Assembly (NCBI GenBank): GCA_000004695.1
Contig: CM000154.2
Span: 4,512,001 to 4,576,000, forward strand
Direction of reading: 5' to 3'
Length of the DNA stretch: 64,000 nt
Source of the DNA: Dictyostelium discoideum
Taxonomy: Eukaryota
Part shown: one piece after another, positions 47,095 through 63,722 of the stretch
How positions within the stretch are numbered: the first letter of the stretch is position 1
Layout: each line of letters opens with the position of its first letter
Position numbers and translations under genes: made by a program
Notes under the pieces: model-generated
Told to the model about the DNA's origin: nothing
Database searches by the model: none
The model's input: only the letters and a program-made list of their open reading frames with translations

Positions 47095-48064
47095 TTAACC
47101 TCTTGAAATATCTCTACCGAAAACACTACTCTTTAACCAATCGAAAGAGACTAAAGCACGATTTCTAACACTTAAAAGTTTAGTGAAATATACACTTCTC
47201 CAGAGGTAATAAGTGATATAACCTTCAGAGACAGTTGTTGAATGATCACCTTTGAATTCAGCTACAGCTTGATGATCACCAACATAAGCTAAAGTACCCA
47301 TATGTTTATATTTAAATAATGGTTTCTCTTTGACGGCTTCCTCAAAGCTTTTATTTGAACCAGTGATTGAATTGAAAAGGTTTAATTTCTCTTGTTGTTT
47401 TTCTTTTTCCTCTTTATGTGCATCTGGATTCTCTCTCTTTTTAATGAGATCATTATTCATTTCCTCTGCCAATTGATTGAATAATCTGCCTAAATAACGA
47501 CCTTGTTGAGAAGCAACTTGAGCAGTTTGAGCCAATGGTTTTGATGGATTAATTGAAGCATCACCAATTGACCAAATTCCATCAGTACCAGCCACTCTGA
47601 AATAATCATCAACAACCAAACCTCTTCTATTGTTTTGAATATTTGGTCCGATCGATTGCATAATTTGAGTGGTAATCTTTCTTGGTGTATTACCGGTTGC
47701 CCATACTAATAAACCGTATGGATGAATTGATTCCTCTTTGGTTGTAGTATTCTTTACTGTAATCTCTTTCTCTCTAACTCCAACAACTGCTGTCTTTGTC
47801 CAAATCTTTGTATTGTTTGAACTTTGAAGACGTTTTTCAACATGATCAATAATCTTCTTATCAAAAATTGTTAAAATATGTGGAAGTGCTTCAACTAATG
47901 TAACATTAATTCTCTTTGCTAATGGATATGTTTTTAATAAATCTGATTGAAGGAAATCATTTAATTCTGCTGTAAATTCAACACCAGATGGACCTAAAAT
48001 AAAAATAAAAAAATAAAAAATAAAAAATAAAAAAATTTGAAAATTAAAAATGATTAGGACAGCG

Positions 48065-48098
<34 letters not shown>

Positions 48099-49055
48099 GG
48101 AAAAATATATAAATAAACTTACCACCACCAACTACAACGAAATTTAATAAACGATCAATTTCTTTTTCAGGTTGACCAGGATAAGAAGCAGTTTCAAGAC
48201 AATCAATAATTTTATCTCTAATGTTACGAGTATCATTAATTTCTTTTAAGAAACAAGCATTCTCTTTTACACCTGGAATACCAAAGGTTTGATTATCGGC
48301 ACCGACACCAACGATCAAATGATCATACTCTAATTCGAATTCTGAAACTTCACCTTTTACAGCACTATTATCATAACATTTAACCTTTTTAGAAACTGGA
48401 TCAACTGATAAACATTCTGCTTCATAAAAAGTTGCATCCTCTGCATCTGCTCTCTTACAATACTTTCTAATTGGTTCCATAATTGATCTAACTTCAACTG
48501 TACCTGTTGTACCACCAACTAATAATGGTGTAAATAAAAAGTAATTTCTTTTTTTTTTTTTTTAAATTTAAAATAAATTAGTAAATAAGATTAAAATAAA
48601 AATAAAATTAAATAATTTAATTACCTTGGTGAAATGATTGTAACATCAAATAAATCAGTATGTAATTTTCTTAAGAAACATAATGAACCCCAACCAGTAC
48701 CAAGAATGACAACTTTTGGTCTTTTCTTTCTTTCACTTTCTGGTAATCTAGTTCTAAATTTATCAGTGACTGAATCGAAATCATCATTAACCACCATATC
48801 AATTATCCAAAAACCACCTAAACCTGCTACTGCTAATCCACCCCAAAATGCAAATTTATTCATTTTCTTTTTTGGTTCTTGTTCTTTTTGTTGTTGTTGT
48901 TGTTGATTTTGTTCATTATTATTACTATTATCAGTTGATGTCGAAAATCTTTGTATAAATTGTGTTTGATTATTTTTACATGCGACAATACGATTTGTTG
49001 ACACTGTTTTAATTAATTGATTTTTATTAACTTTTGAAAATGCTCTTGAAATCAT
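47095..49055 (-). CDS. Alternative (type II, rotenone-insensitive) NADH dehydrogenase / NADH:ubiquinone oxidoreductase NDH-2, 3 exons: complement(join(47095..47993,48123..48547,48625..49055)), about 584 aa
   Basis: Exon 1 (ORF 48621..49055) carries an N-terminal presequence, then a hydrophobic FAFWGGLAVAGLGGFWII, then KVVILGTGWGSL (first GxGxxG) and TIISPR. After a 77-bp intron it continues NYFLFTPLLVGGTTGTVEVRSIMEPIR. The second dinucleotide fold VVVGGG|PSGVEFTAEL is split by a 129-bp intron that the ORF track reads through as KFIYIFF.... Stop at 47095. Confidence 0.85.
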
Positions 49056-49351
49056 TTTTTAATTTATTTATTTTATTAATTTATTTATTTTATTAATTTG
49101 GTTATTTTTTATTTATTTATTTATTTTTGGAAAAAAAAAAAAAAATTAAAAGGTTTTAATTTTTATAAATCTTTGAAAAAAAAAAAAAAAAAATTGAAAA
49201 ATAAAAATAGAAAAATAAAAAAAAAGTTATTATTATAACTTTATAATTAGTTGTAGTTTGTGAAGTGAGAAAAAAAAATGAAGAAAAAAAAAAAAAAAAA
49301 AATTCAAAAAAAAAATAAAAAAAATATAATACCACAAAAAAAAAAAAAAAA

Positions 49352-49407
49352 ACAGTAGGACCTGCATAGGTCGGGGCAAATTTTACGTATTTGCCACCAT
49401 ACTGTTA
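49352..49407. promoter_or_regulatory. GC-rich nested inverted repeat in the divergent promoter region between the NDH-2 gene and the 49968 ORF
   Basis: acagtaggacctgcataggtcggggcaaattttacgtatttgccaccatactgt. Outer arms acagta/tactgt, inner arms ggcaaat/atttgcc, and an internal gacctgca/taggtc near-palindrome. Confidence 0.4.
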
Positions 49408-49867
49408 GATTTTTATTTTTTTTTTTTTATTTTTTTTTTTTTTTTTTCGGAAATGAAATGGCTTTCGTTTTTGATCACCTGGTATGAAAAAAATAAAAAT
49501 TATGCACCCAACCCAAAAACAAAAAAAAAAAAAAAAAAAATTAAAAAAAATATTAAAAAAAAAATTTTTGAAATCAAATATGATATTTTCCCATATTAAT
49601 TAATTTGGGAAATAATATTTTTTTTATTTATCAATTTTATTATATTTTTATTTTATTTTATTTTATATTTTATATTATATTATTTACAAAAATAGAATTT
49701 TTATTTTTTATTTTTTATTTTTTTTAATTCTGCAATTATTTTTTAATTAAAAAAAAATGAAAGGGTGATTACTATATAAATAAAAACAAAACAAAAAATA
49801 AAAGGGCTCTACTTTTTTTGTTAATTTAATTTAATTTTTTTATTTTATTTTTTTTTTTTTTTTTTTT

Positions 49868-49906
<39 letters not shown>

Positions 49907-49967
49907 AAAACGAATTTTTTTTTTTTTATTTTAATTTTTATTTTTCTGAAATAATTGTAATAATAAT

Positions 49968-50531
49968 ATGTTAAAGTTTTGTAGTAAGACTAAAATACTA
50001 TTTGGTAGTTTGAATGGTGGAATCATTTCAACATCCATTTTTAAAAGAGATTTTTCAAAAATTCCAATTAGAACTTCAATTTTTAATAATCAAACCAGCA
50101 TTCCAAAAAGAATGATGATGATAAAAATTGAAGGTGAAGGAACTGTAAAAAAAGAATTAACAAATGAAGAGAAACAAAAGATTAAAGAGAAAAAGAAAAA
50201 AGAACAAATTGAAAGAAATGCATTAAAAAAACAGAATCGTGCTGCAATGATTGAAAGATCAAAAGAACTTAAAAAGACTAAAAAGGAAAAAGATATCCAC
50301 TCAAATGAAAAGAAATCTCAAAATCCCAAAAATAAAGATAAAGATGATGCCGATGATTACTATGATGAAGATGACGAAGATGATGAAGATGCACATGAAA
50401 AAAAAGGCGAAAGTGATGAAATTATAGATTTTGCTGAAGGTGATGGAGAAACATACTTTCCAAAAAAAGAAAAAGTTAAAGTTAAACCCAATAAAAAGAA
50501 ACCAAACAATGATAAAGGTTTTTGTAGATGA
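49968..50531 (+). CDS. Hypothetical Lys/Glu/Asp-rich protein (187 aa)
   Basis: Single uninterrupted ORF with ATG in A-rich context. Low-complexity charged sequence (EEKQKIKEKKKKEQIERNALKK...DDYYDEDDEDDEDAHEKK). No recognisable domain. Confidence 0.45.
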   Translation: MLKFCSKTKILFGSLNGGIISTSIFKRDFSKIPIRTSIFNNQTSIPKRMMMIKIEGEGTVKKELTNEEKQKIKEKKKKEQIERNALKKQNRAAMIERSKELKKTKKEKDIHSNEKKSQNPKNKDKDDADDYYDEDDEDDEDAHEKKGESDEIIDFAEGDGETYFPKKEKVKVKPNKKKPNNDKGFCR

Positions 50532-50550
50532 TTTTAATATTCCAATGTTA

Positions 50551-50603
50551 AAAAAAATTAAAAATTAAAAATTAAAAATTAAAAATTAAAAATTAAAAAT
50601 TAA
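50551..50603. repeat. (AAAAATT)n about 7 copies
   Basis: aaaaattaaaaattaaaaatt... Confidence 0.85.
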
Positions 50604-50796
50604 ATAATAATAAAAAAAAAAAAGATATTATAATTTAAATTATTATTTATTTTTTTATTTTTTTAAATCTGATCAATTTGTTTGGGTTGAAAAAAATAAA
50701 AAAAATTAATTTAAAAAAAAAAAAATGGAAAAAATTGAAAAAAAATAAAATCTAAAAAAAAAAGATACAGACAAAATGGTATCAGTTTTTTTTTTT

Positions 50797-50823
50797 TGTT
50801 TTGTTTTGTTTTGTTTTGTTTTG

Positions 50824-50852
<29 letters not shown>
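50797..50852. repeat. (GTTTT)n about 11 copies, immediately before the assembly gap
   Basis: gttttgttttgttttg... Confidence 0.85.
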
Positions 50853-50854
<2 letters not shown>

Positions 50855-50918
50855 TTTATTTTATTTTGTTTTTTTTTTTTTATATTTTTATATTTTTATA
50901 TTTTTATTTATATATTTT

Positions 50919-51018
50919 NNNNNNNNNNNNNNNNNNNNNNNNNNNNNNNNNNNNNNNNNNNNNNNNNNNNNNNNNNNNNNNNNNNNNNNNNNNNNNNNNN
51001 NNNNNNNNNNNNNNNNNN
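50919..51018. other. Assembly gap (100 N)
   Basis: Run of n characters. It interrupts the 5' end of the following ORF. Confidence 1.
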
Positions 51019-51019
51019 A

Positions 51020-53731
<2,712 letters not shown>

Positions 53732-54124
53732 TAATAATAATTAAATAAAAATAATAATTGAATAAATAAAAAAATAAAAACTCTAATAATATTTTATTTT
53801 TTGCCTGTGCGTATTGCTCAAGCCCTAACTGCATGCACAATTAGGTAGGAATGTCGATTTGATTTTTTTTTTTTTTTTTGATTTTCAAATCCTTGAATTG
53901 GTTGGTGATCAAAACCTTTTTTTTGATTTTTTTTTTTTTTTTTTAATTTTTTTTTTTCAAAGTTTTTGTGAAAATATCTTCAGTACACAAAAAAATTAAC
54001 GGCTTTGATTTCTTTTATTTTTATTTTAAAATAAAAAATTCGAAAAGTCTTAAATAAAAAAAATAAAAAAAAAAAAACTAATTGTATAACAGTAATAATT
54101 AAATTAAAAATAAAGATAAAAAAA

Positions 54125-54876
54125 ATGTCAGGGAATATTTATATGGATATTATTGCATCCCAAGTATGTAAAAAATAAAAAAAAACTAAAAAAATAAAAA
54201 AATTCTAATATTTATTAATTTATTTATTTTAGGTTAGTCAAGGCAACTTTGGTAAGGTTTTTTTTTTTTTTTTTTATTTATTAATTTAAAATATTAATTT
54301 TTTTTTTTTTTTTTTTTTTTATATATATATATATATAAATAAATAAATAGGTGGAAAGAATGGACAATTTGGTTATTTAGCAAAAGATAAAAGTAGAAGA
54401 GAAAAGAAATTAACAAAAGAGACTAAATTTGAAGCACCAAAAAAGAAAGTTGAAGAAAAATTTGAATGCAATGTTTTTATTGGTAGTGGAACAGCAAAAT
54501 CTACTGATAGTAATGGTTTATCAGATCCATTTGTTATTATTTGGAGTGTTGATGCTGAAGGACAACCAGATAAATCACTTTTCAAAAGTAAAGTTTGTAA
54601 AAAAACTTTAACTCCAAACTGGGATGAAAAGGGTACTTTAAAATTAAAGGAATCTTATAAATCATTAATTGTTGAATTATGGGATCACGATTTATTAACT
54701 GCAAATGATTTCATTGGTAGAGCTAGAATAAATGTTGATGCTATTAATATTAAAAAATACAGTTATACCTTCAAAGATACCATTAGTGTTTATGATGGTG
54801 AAATATCAACTCCAAGTGGTACTGTCTATATTGAAATTACCAATTCAAGTTCAACTAAATCATTTTCTTCATGTGC

Positions 54877-54880
<4 letters not shown>
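54125..54880 (+). CDS. Small C2-domain protein, paralog 1, 3 exons: join(54125..54163,54233..54251,54351..54880), about 195 aa
   Basis: MSGNIYMDIIASQ|VSQGNFG|GKNGQFGYL.... C2 core SDPFVIIWSV...LWDHDLLTANDFIGRA. A 19-nt micro-exon is inferred by alignment with paralog 2 (VNQGNMGGKGGPFGYLW). Confidence 0.7.
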
Positions 54881-54932
<52 letters not shown>

Positions 54933-54934
54933 AT
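54879..54934. repeat. (AAAT)n about 14 copies
   Basis: aaataaataaataaat... directly after the stop codon of the C2 gene. Confidence 0.85.
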
Positions 54935-54961
54935 TTAATTATCTCAAATTGATTTAAAAAT

Positions 54962-55005
<44 letters not shown>

Positions 55006-55288
55006 CACTTTAATAATAGTAATTGAATTACTTGACAAAAGATTATTCTTAAAAATTATTAATAGACAATTGATTCATAGAATATAGTTACATTAATTTA
55101 ATAAATTGGAATTTAATTTTTTTTTTTTTTTTGTTAAAGGTAACACAAAATTGTAAAAATATCTAATCAAAAAAAAAAAATAAAAAAATAAAAAAAAAAA
55201 AAAAAAAAAAACAAATCAAACAATTTGAAAATAAAATATAAAATTCAAATAAATAATTAATTTCAATAAATAAATATTAAAAAAAAAA

Positions 55289-55914
55289 ATGTCAGGTGAT
55301 TTATATTTGGATATGCTTGCCACTCAGTAAGTTTTATTATATTATTATATTATTTTATTTACTTCAAATACTTATAATAAAAAAAAAAAAAAAAAAAAAA
55401 AAAAAGAGTTAATCAAGGTAATATGGGTGGTAAAGGTGGACCATTTGGATATTTATGGAAAGAAAAAAATAGAAAAGATAAAAAAAAAGATAAAACACCA
55501 AAACCAAAGAAACAAGAAGATTATACAGTTTGTGACATTCATATAGGTAGTGGTTCAGTTAGAGATGCAAAAGATAGTAATGGTTTAGCTGATCCTTTCG
55601 TTATGATTTGGAGTGTAAATATTGAAGGTGATCATGATAAATGTATTTATAAAAGTAAAGTTTGTAAAGAAACTTTAACACCAAATTGGAATGAAGATGG
55701 TGAACTTAAAATGAAGAATGGAAGTTACAGAGAATGCATTCTAGAGTTATGGGATCATGATACCTTTACTGCAAATGATTTCATTGGTAGAGCTTTAATC
55801 TTTCCAAGTTCTGTAACTTTTGGTATGGAATATAAAGAAAATGTTAAAGTTTTTGATAAAGATGATAAAACAAATCCAACTGGTACTGTTGAAATTAATA
55901 TTAAAAGAAAATAA
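55289..55914 (+). CDS. Small C2-domain protein, paralog 2, 2 exons: join(55289..55326,55407..55914), about 181 aa
   Basis: MSGDLYLDMLATQ|VNQGNMGGKGGPFGYLWKEK.... ADPFVMIWSV...LWDHDTFTANDFIGRA. Phase-2 intron 55327..55406. Confidence 0.75.
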
Positions 55915-55985
55915 AAAAAATAAAAAAATAAAAAATAAAAGAGAGATACCAATTAATTTACAATTTTTGTGTTTTTTTATTATTA

Positions 55986-56692
55986 TTATTTTTCCAAGAT
56001 TGGAGTTTTTTTAATAGTATGAAATAAAGGTATTGATTTATGTAATAATTCTAAATGAGTCATGTGAATACTTGAATGATGGTCATATGGTAAAGTTGAA
56101 GTTGTTTGAATTTGACTATTTTGAGTTTGTGCAATTATAGTATTATTTTCACAAATTTTATCCTCTGAAACTATACAACCTGCTCCAATTGAACATTGAT
56201 CTTTTATTATTGTATTCTTTAATATTTTACATTTTGGTTCAAAAACATTTCCATTTCCAATTGATTTACATTCTATATCTATTATTAATTAGTTTTTATA
56301 AAAATAAATAAAAGTATAAATATATGTTTATATGTGTGTGTGTGTGTGTGTTTGTATGATTATTTCTATTTTATATTATTATTATTTTTTTTTTTTTGAA
56401 AAAGAAAATGCATACAAGATCCAACTTCAAATAAATTATTTGAACCAATTATCATTGGTTCAGGTGATTTATTTACAATTTGAACTAATTCTTCTATAAT
56501 ATTATTTTCACCAATAATAATTGGACCTGCACCCTCTGAAATTATAATAGATGATCTTGGGTGTAAAACAGTTCCAATTGCAATTTGAACACCATTACTA
56601 ACTGTGCTATCTTGGCAAATTAATGATTTATTTATTACAACTGGTGATGTTTGTGTTGGTGATGTAATTGTTGGTGATGGTGCTGTTGACAT
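55986..56692 (-). CDS. Dynactin subunit 6 (p27)-like hexapeptide-repeat protein, 2 exons: complement(join(55986..56278,56416..56692)), about 189 aa
   Basis: LHPRSSIIISEGAGPIIIGENNIIEELVQIVN...EPMIIGSNNLFEVGS aligns with metazoan DCTN6 ([25 protein letters not shown]...KPMIIGTNNVFEVGC). Exon 2 continues YIECKSIGNGNVFEPKCKI...QCSIGAGCIV after a 137-bp intron. Confidence 0.7.
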
Positions 56693-56696
56693 TATT

Positions 56697-56734
<38 letters not shown>

Positions 56735-57157
56735 CCCTACTCCTAAACAATGAACAATGAACAACAGAAAAAAAAAAAAAAAAAAGATTTTTTATTTTTA
56801 ATTTTTTTTTTTATTTATTTTTTTTTTTATTTATTTTTTATTTATTTTTATTTTTTTTTTTTTTATTTTTTTTTTTTTTTTTAAAAAACTCAATTTTTTT
56901 TTTATAAAATTTTCATTATTGACGATTTTCAGCAAATAATTATTTTCTGTTTTTTATTTAATACAAAGAGACTATAGTTTAGGTTACTAATAATCACTAA
57001 AATATTTATAAATAAAAGAAAATATAATAAAAGAATAATAAATTCATTTCATCAAAAAAATTTTTAATACACAGTTTGATATATATATAAATTTTTAAAG
57101 CATTAAAAAAAAAAAAAAAAAAAAAAAATTTAATAAAATAAAATAATAAAATAAACA

Positions 57158-57774
57158 ATGTCATCATTTGGAAAGAATAGCTCATATAGAGATACTGGTG
57201 CATCTCTTAAAGAATTAGGTGATTATTTAGATAGTAAACAAGAAGGAAAACCAACTCATCAAAAAACTATAGGTTTCGATACAAATGTAAGTTTTATTGT
57301 TGCAAAAACATTTATTTTTTTTGAGAAAATATAAAGAAAATTAATTGTTATTTATTTTTTTTTAAAAAAAAAATACAAATAATAATAAATAATAAATTTA
57401 ATAAAAAAGACATCACCAGTTTCAATCCCAACTATTATTTCACCACCATTGGGGTCAAATAATTCAAATTATGGAAAGAGCCCAAAATCATCATACGATA
57501 ATAAACAAACATCACCATTATTATCAGCATCAAATAATAGAAAAAACAATAATAATAACAATAATAATAATAATGCCACTTCACCAAAAGATTCATCAAT
57601 TATAGGTAAAAATAATGTAAATTCAGATTTATCAAAAGTATCATCATCATTAAATGAATTGAAATTTGAAAAACAACCAATAGGTTCAACATCTTCAACA
57701 CCAACATCCACTCCATCATCTACACCATCATCATCAACTCCATCATCAACTCCATCAACACCAAATACAAATTC

Positions 57775-57805
<31 letters not shown>

Positions 57806-59140
57806 AAGAAACAACAACAACAACAACCAAAACAACCACAACAACCAAAACAACAATCAAAGCAACAAGCAACACAACAAGATAAAAAAGATAAAGAACA
57901 ACAACAACAACAACAAGATAAACAAGATAAAGAATCAAATGAAATTAAAGGATCAAAAGAAGTTGCTAAAGATGGTCAACATGGTGTTAAACAATTCGAT
58001 GATCCAAAGCAAAGGGGTAAAATTACAAAGAAAAAGATTATAAAAGTTGGTGAAAGTTCAAGATCCGTTCAATTATTTAATCATTTACCACAATATAATT
58101 CAGAGTTTTCAATGGGTGTATCGGTATCAACCGATGAACCAAATGAGAAATATCCAATTCATCCAGATATCATTTCATTGGGATTAAAGTATGCAGAGTT
58201 TAAGATTGCAGGTTCAAATGCACGTGCAATCGCAATGATGACAGCATTCATTCAAATCTTTAAGGACTACGTTGCTGCACCAGATAAGGTTTACAGTAGA
58301 GAGTTGGATAGCCTCTTAAAGAGAAATATTCAATTCCTCGTAGATTGTAGACCAATCTCAATCTCTATGGGTAATTCAATCAATTATGTCAAACATAAAC
58401 TTTCACTCACCAACAATATGTCACACGAGGGTGCAAGAGATTACCTCATCAAATCAATCAATGAATTCATTGAACGTATTCAAATGGCCGATAATGCAAT
58501 CGTAAAACATGGTTGCTCAAAGATTAATGATGGTGATGTAATTCTAACTTATGCCTCCTCTCATGTCGTAGAGTTGATCATTCAACAAGCTATTCAAGAT
58601 AAAAAGAAATTCCGTTTAATCATTGTCGACTCTCGTCCAAAACATGAAGGTAGAGAATTACTACATCGTTTGGTTTTACATGGTGTTAAAATAACCTATA
58701 TCATGTTACACGCAGTCAGTTACATTATGAAAGAGGTTACCAAGGTTTTCGTTGGTGCTTACTCTGTTCTTTCAAATGGTAATTTAATCTCTAGAAGTGG
58801 TACAAGTTTAGTGGCATCAATGGCTAAATTCTACAATGTTCCATTCATTGTTTGTTGTGAAACCTATAAATTCACTGAACGTGTTCAATTGGATTCAATT
58901 TGTTTCAATCAAATTGGTAATCCTCAAGATTTGGTTCAAAATTTAGGTGAAAAAGAAGGTTCAAAGAGTTTATTAGAGAATTGGGAATCTTATAGCACTT
59001 TAAAACTTTTAAATTTAATGTACGATTTAACTCCAATTGAATTAATTGATATGGTTATCACTGAATTCGGTATGTTACCTCCAACTTCAATTCCTGTAGT
59101 TTTAAGAGAATATAGAAAAGAGGTAATTTCTATAAATTAA
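57158..59140 (+). CDS. Translation initiation factor eIF-2B subunit delta, 2 exons: join(57158..57286,57410..59140), about 619 aa
   Basis: The C-terminal two-thirds carry the eIF-2B alpha/beta/delta family fold (ILTYASSHVVELIIQQA, RLIIVDSRPKHEGRELLHRL, VGAYSVLSNGNLISRSGTSLVASMAKFYNVPFIVCCETYKF). N-terminal Ser/Gln/Lys-rich low-complexity extension. Exon 1 MSSFGKNSSYRDTG...GFDTN, intron 57287..57409. Confidence 0.8.
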
Positions 59141-59269
59141 AATATAATAAAAAAATAAAAAAAAAATAAAATAAAATTAAAAAAAAAAAAAATCTATATA
59201 TATATATATAGATATATTGTTATTTTGTTATCTTTTAAGATTTAAAAAATATCCATTATTTTCTAATAA

Positions 59270-60330
59270 TTAAATATTTTTATTTATTGAAATATTTGGT
59301 AAATAACTTAATTTTATAAATAAATTATTATTATTATTTTTATTGTTTGAAATTATACAATAAGGTAATCTTGAATCATAATAAATTAAATCACCCTTTT
59401 TTAAAGTAATTTCTTTGAGTTGAGAAATTAAATTTGAATCATATTTGTATAGTTCACTTGTTGAATTTATTGATCTATATTGATTTTTTGATAGATTTAT
59501 TTTCTCTTTTGAATATTTTTCACAAATATATTGGATTGATTTTTTATGATATTTAGGTATTAAATTTATTGAAGCTGTTGAATCATCACCAATAAATAAA
59601 ATTGAATTGATTGGTCTCCATTTTTTTAATTGTATACTTTCAATGATTTTATCTTTATTTACTATCTCACTTTTAAATAAACTAAATGGATTCTAAATTT
59701 ATAAAATCCACAATATTAATAATTATAATTATTAAATCAAAAAAAAAAAAAGTATTTATATTACAATAATTTATTTATACCTACACAGTCTAAAATAATT
59801 ACTTTTTCTCTTTTATTATTAATATTACTATTATTATCATTAATATTATTATTATTATTATTTGTGTTTAATATTATATCAGTTGGTGAGAAATTATTAT
59901 ATATATTAGGCCATTCACTATATTCTATATTGTTATTATTGGTTTTATGAGAATTTGAATAGGTAATTTGAAATAATTGAGAAAATGAATTTAAAAAGTT
60001 TTGATTTGTTTTAATTATAGATTCATTTATGATATAATTATTATCATTTATTAATGATTTTAGTTGCTTTTGTTCAGAAAATAAATCAATATCATTTTTT
60101 ATAATATATCCATTGTCATTAAAATGTTCTAAATCATGTAATGATAAGGGTCCATTAATTCTATTCTTTATTACCGATATATTACCATTAGTAATAGTGG
60201 AACTATTATTCATCTGTTTATTGATCTTTTCAATATTAAAACATCCATCAATATGTATATAATTTCTTATTTCATTTTTAATATTACTTAATTGAAATAA
60301 TTTAGTTATTGTCTTGTTACTTTTAATCAT
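59270..60330 (-). CDS. Hypothetical protein, 2 exons: complement(join(59270..59692,59785..60330)), about 322 aa
   Basis: MIKSNKTITKLFQL...REKVIILDC | NPFSLFKSEIVNKD...SILFIGDDSTASINLIPKYHKK...NKNI*. GTAGGT donor and TTTAG acceptor, 92-bp intron. No family recognised by eye. Confidence 0.5.
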
Positions 60331-60698
60331 TATTACTTTTTTATTTAAAAAAAAAAAAAGTGAATAAAAAAGTGAAAAAAAAAAAAAAGTGAAAAAAAGA
60401 GACCAAAAAAAAAAAAGATTTTTTCTTGAGGTGTTTTGGTAATAACAATGTTTCATATATATGTAAATAAAAAAAAATAAAAAAAGAAAAATAAAGAAAT
60501 ATTTTTGATTCCAACTATTTATTTTTTATATTAATCTTTATTTAATTTATTTTTATATATATATATTTTTTTTTGGAAGTTTAATGTTGTAATTAATGAT
60601 TTTTAATTATAACTACTAGGCTATTATTAATCTTTTTTATTATTATTAGTTATTATTATTTTAATATTTATAGTTTGTTTTATATATATTATATATAT

Positions 60699-62755
<2,057 letters not shown>

Positions 62756-63666
62756 TTTTTATTTATTTTTTTTTATATTTTTATATTTTTATATTTTATT
62801 TTATGTGTCGGTTTAATTATTTACAGAGAAAATATAAATATATAAGTGTGCGTGTGTTTTTTTTTTTTTTTTTTTTTTTTTCGCTCAAATTTGAAATCCC
62901 AATATTATTATTATTTTTATTATTTATTATCTTAACTATTATTATATAAGGGGAAAACAAAATAAAAAAAAATAAAAAAATAAGTAAAAATAAAAAAATA
63001 AAAAAATAGAAAACCTGAAAAAAAAAGTCAATTTATGTAAAAGAGAATGAAAAAAAAAAAAAAAAGATGTACAAATACTATTTTTTGTTTTTTTTTTTCT
63101 CAAAAATTCGAAAAATTATAAAAAAATAAAATTTAATTAATTTTTTAATTTTATTTTTTTTACCAGCGCATTTTTTTATTATAAAATAAAAAAAATTATT
63201 TTTAGAAAAAAGATAAAAAAAATATAAAAAAAAAAACATAAAGATAAAATGTTTAAAAAAATATCTTTTTTTATTTTTTTATTGAAATGGGACAAGGTAA
63301 GAGTTAATTTAGTAATAAATAAAAAAAAGGTTGAAAATTTTAAAAAAAAAAAATAAAAATAAAAACAAATAAAAAAAAAAAAAAAAAAAGATATAAAGAT
63401 TTAATTTAAAATTAATTTAATCTTTTTATCATTATAACTATAATAAAATTGAGATTTTCTTTTTTTGTGGATTGTTGTTTTATTTTTTGGTAAATGTAAT
63501 TTTTTTTTATGTTGGTACCATCGTTATTATAAGATTGGTTGTTTTGATCCATTGAATGTTCTTGTGTCACTTTTTTAATATTTTAAAAAAATTAAGTAAA
63601 TTTTAGTATTAGTATAACGAGTTTTATTTTATATTATTTTATTTTGTTTTATTGTATTTTATTTTC

Positions 63667-63722
<56 letters not shown>

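Noticed and set aside
57469-57938. Minus-strand ORFs opposite the eIF2B-delta N-terminal low-complexity region.
   Set aside because: Antisense reading of a Ser/Gln/Lys-rich coding repeat (CAA/ACA/TCA runs).
63287-63296. ATGGGACAAG|GTAAGAGT: a possible 10-nt first exon (MGQ...) of a + strand gene. Also a possible ATG at 63884 (MSSILSANTMGSQSKYVV...) running to a TGA near the window end.
   Set aside because: I could not find a convincing downstream exon or an extended frame inside the window, so it stays speculative.
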